DNA of 64,000 bases from a virus, in the IMG/VR virus record IMGVR_UViG_3300042473_001368, one strand, 5' to 3'. How positions within the stretch are numbered: position 1 is the first letter of the stretch; each line of letters starts with the position of its first letter. The notes under the pieces are model-generated. The model was not told the origin of the DNA and searched no databases. It saw nothing but the letters and a program-made list of their open reading frames with translations. The translations under genes were made by a program, and so were the position numbers. Of the stretch, positions 62,438 to 64,000 are shown piece after piece.

Positions 62438-64000
62438 TTAATACTTTACTCCTAATTCAGATGCAATAGCAGTTTGAATATCAATTATAGAGTTAATTAG
62501 CCTATTAATAGTACCGATGTTAACGCTTTCATTACTGTATAACAATAGATTATCAAGATTAAACGACTGTAAGAAGGTTGCAATAGTATATGTCGGTAAG
62601 AACGGCGAGTTGTCTCTATCAAATTTAATTTGTTGACAGAAGTTGTAGTATACAAGAAGTGTATCTTGTATAATTTTATGCAATGCACCGTTTAGTGTTA
62701 AGCCAATACTACTATTACGAGTTAAATCTAGTTCATCTGTATAGTTTTGCTTTAAATCTTTTGGTAACAAGTAGGTATAAGTAGTTTTTGTATCAACCGT
62801 AAATGAACTATCAGTTACTATAGCAGTATTGATTACATTACTTGTACTATGACACAAGTCAATAAAATATGAATCGTAATTATTATAAAATGTTCCTACA
62901 ACTGTATTATCAGCAGACAAATCTACGCTCATCGTACTCACTATATCGTTTACACGCAAACCAATATCAAATGTAGGTGTATATTGTGCAAGTGGTGTAG
63001 ATGGAGCAGAGATAGATCTGTATTCTACTGCTTCTAGAAAATCTAGAGCACTGTACTTCTTAAAGACAATTATATCTGAATCAAAATCAGTACATTCTGC
63101 AAAGGTAGCATTGATTGGTGTTGTGTCTAAAAAATAAGAGAGTGGTACAATGTTACCATTTGCAATTTCTTCGATATCAAAAGTAGCAAACGTTGGTAGG
63201 TCGTTAGAATCTGTACCTACAACAACAAGCAAATCATCTTCAAACCGTTGACAGATGTTTGTAATTGTCTTGAATCCAAGAGCTGTACGAGATTGAATTG
63301 TAATTAGCTCAGTATCGTTAAGTCTATAAAACTCTATAGCTATATCTGTACCTGTTTCAACAAGAGAGCATCTAAAGTTTCTGCCGTATGTTACATTATA
63401 TACAGATGTATAGTTATTCAAGGCTGATATATTAATTTTATCCTGTAAAAATACATGAGGTATAGGAGCTGAATAATCTATACTGAATATACTAAAGTCT
63501 TGATCGTTTGTTTGATAAAGTAACCCTGTATGTCTGTTGTAATGCAAGTAATCATGTGTAAACTCTGCATCAACAGTATAGCCTGTACCAAACATTAGCG
63601 CTGATATACTGTTTGATAAGCCAGTTACCATACCACTATCTAGATTTACACTATTAAAGTACTTAAATCCTGACAATCCGTCTGTAAGTAGTATAGAACT
63701 CTTTCTAGATGTTGGAGCAAATACACCACTAAATCCATCAATGTTCGACTGCTCAGAAAAACCTACAGGTAGCTTGCTTAAAGGTAACTTAATAGGTCTA
63801 AGATTTGTATCTGTAAAAGACGTAATGCAGTTTGTAAAAGATTGACTAGCAGCAGACCTATACAGCGGGTTAAGAAACTTATTATCGAATCGTACACCTG
63901 CAGCAAATATTATAGCATTGTTCTTCGATAATACATCAAGCGTTTCTTTAAGAGTATCAAGAGTTAGTATAGTACGAGGGTATATACTAACTCGCTGTAT
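62438..64000 (-). CDS. Large virion-like protein, 5'-truncated by the window edge
   Basis: Frame has no stop from 63677 to 64000 (checked by hand), so the track start at 63676 (TTG) is internal. Confidence 0.6.
   Translation of the reverse strand: MQRVSIYPRTILTLDTLKETLDVLSKNNAIIFAAGVRFDNKFLNPLYRSAASQSFTNCITSFTDTNLRPIKLPLSKLPVGFSEQSNIDGFSGVFAPTSRKSSILLTDGLSGFKYFNSVNLDSGMVTGLSNSISALMFGTGYTVDAEFTHDYLHYNRHTGLLYQTNDQDFSIFSIDYSAPIPHVFLQDKINISALNNYTSVYNVTYGRNFRCSLVETGTDIAIEFYRLNDTELITIQSRTALGFKTITNICQRFEDDLLVVVGTDSNDLPTFATFDIEEIANGNIVPLSYFLDTTPINATFAECTDFDSDIIVFKKYSALDFLEAVEYRSISAPSTPLAQYTPTFDIGLRVNDIVSTMSVDLSADNTVVGTFYNNYDSYFIDLCHSTSNVINTAIVTDSSFTVDTKTTYTYLLPKDLKQNYTDELDLTRNSSIGLTLNGALHKIIQDTLLVYYNFCQQIKFDRDNSPFLPTYTIATFLQSFNLDNLLLYSNESVNIGTINRLINSIIDIQTAIASELGVKY

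Noticed and set aside
63674-63676. Track start (TTG) of the 412-aa ORF
   Set aside because: The frame is open to position 64000; the gene starts outside the window.
1-64000. CRISPR array, tRNA or rRNA genes
   Set aside because: No regularly spaced repeats and no cloverleaf or rRNA-like segments were seen by eye; intergenic gaps are short. tRNAscan-SE was not run.
1-64000. Stop-codon reassignment
   Set aside because: Core genes are full length in the standard code, and TAA, TAG and TGA all terminate genes.
1-64000. A dpdA/tgt gene among the hypothetical ORFs
   Set aside because: No ORF shows TGT-barrel motifs (such as DSG-F with later catalytic Asp and a Zn site); it may lie outside the window.

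Overview
64 kb segment of a large T4-like (myovirus-type) bacteriophage genome, standard genetic code, AT-rich, both ends inside genes. It contains: a rearranged head/neck module (gp15-gp20-gp13-gp4-gp21-core-gp22-gp23); T4-type replication and recombination genes (uvsY, uvsW, gp55, gp47, gp46, gp43, uvsX, gp41, gp59-like, gp32, gp45, rnh, gp61, gp62); a dispersed 7-deazaguanine pathway (folE, queD, queE, queC, a stand-alone class II glutamine amidotransferase, DUF366) with no recognisable dpdA/tgt in the window; seven glycosyltransferase-like genes and a methyltransferase; two free-standing GIY-YIG endonuclease genes; and tail-fibre/virion genes. Reading the DNA directly shows: (i) about 25 TAAATA late promoters and about 10 TTGATT-like N16 TATAAT-like early promoters, most 5-9 nt from a start codon, implying leaderless mRNAs; (ii) many late genes sharing an N-terminal peptide resembling the T4 capsid-targeting/gp21-cleavage signal, including a nucleotidyltransferase-ligase fusion; (iii) a 69-aa late protein carrying a synonymously diverged copy of a major-capsid N-terminal motif; (iv) a duplicated folE 3' end flanking a homing endonuclease. 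All assignments come from motif recognition and gene context; no database searches were run.
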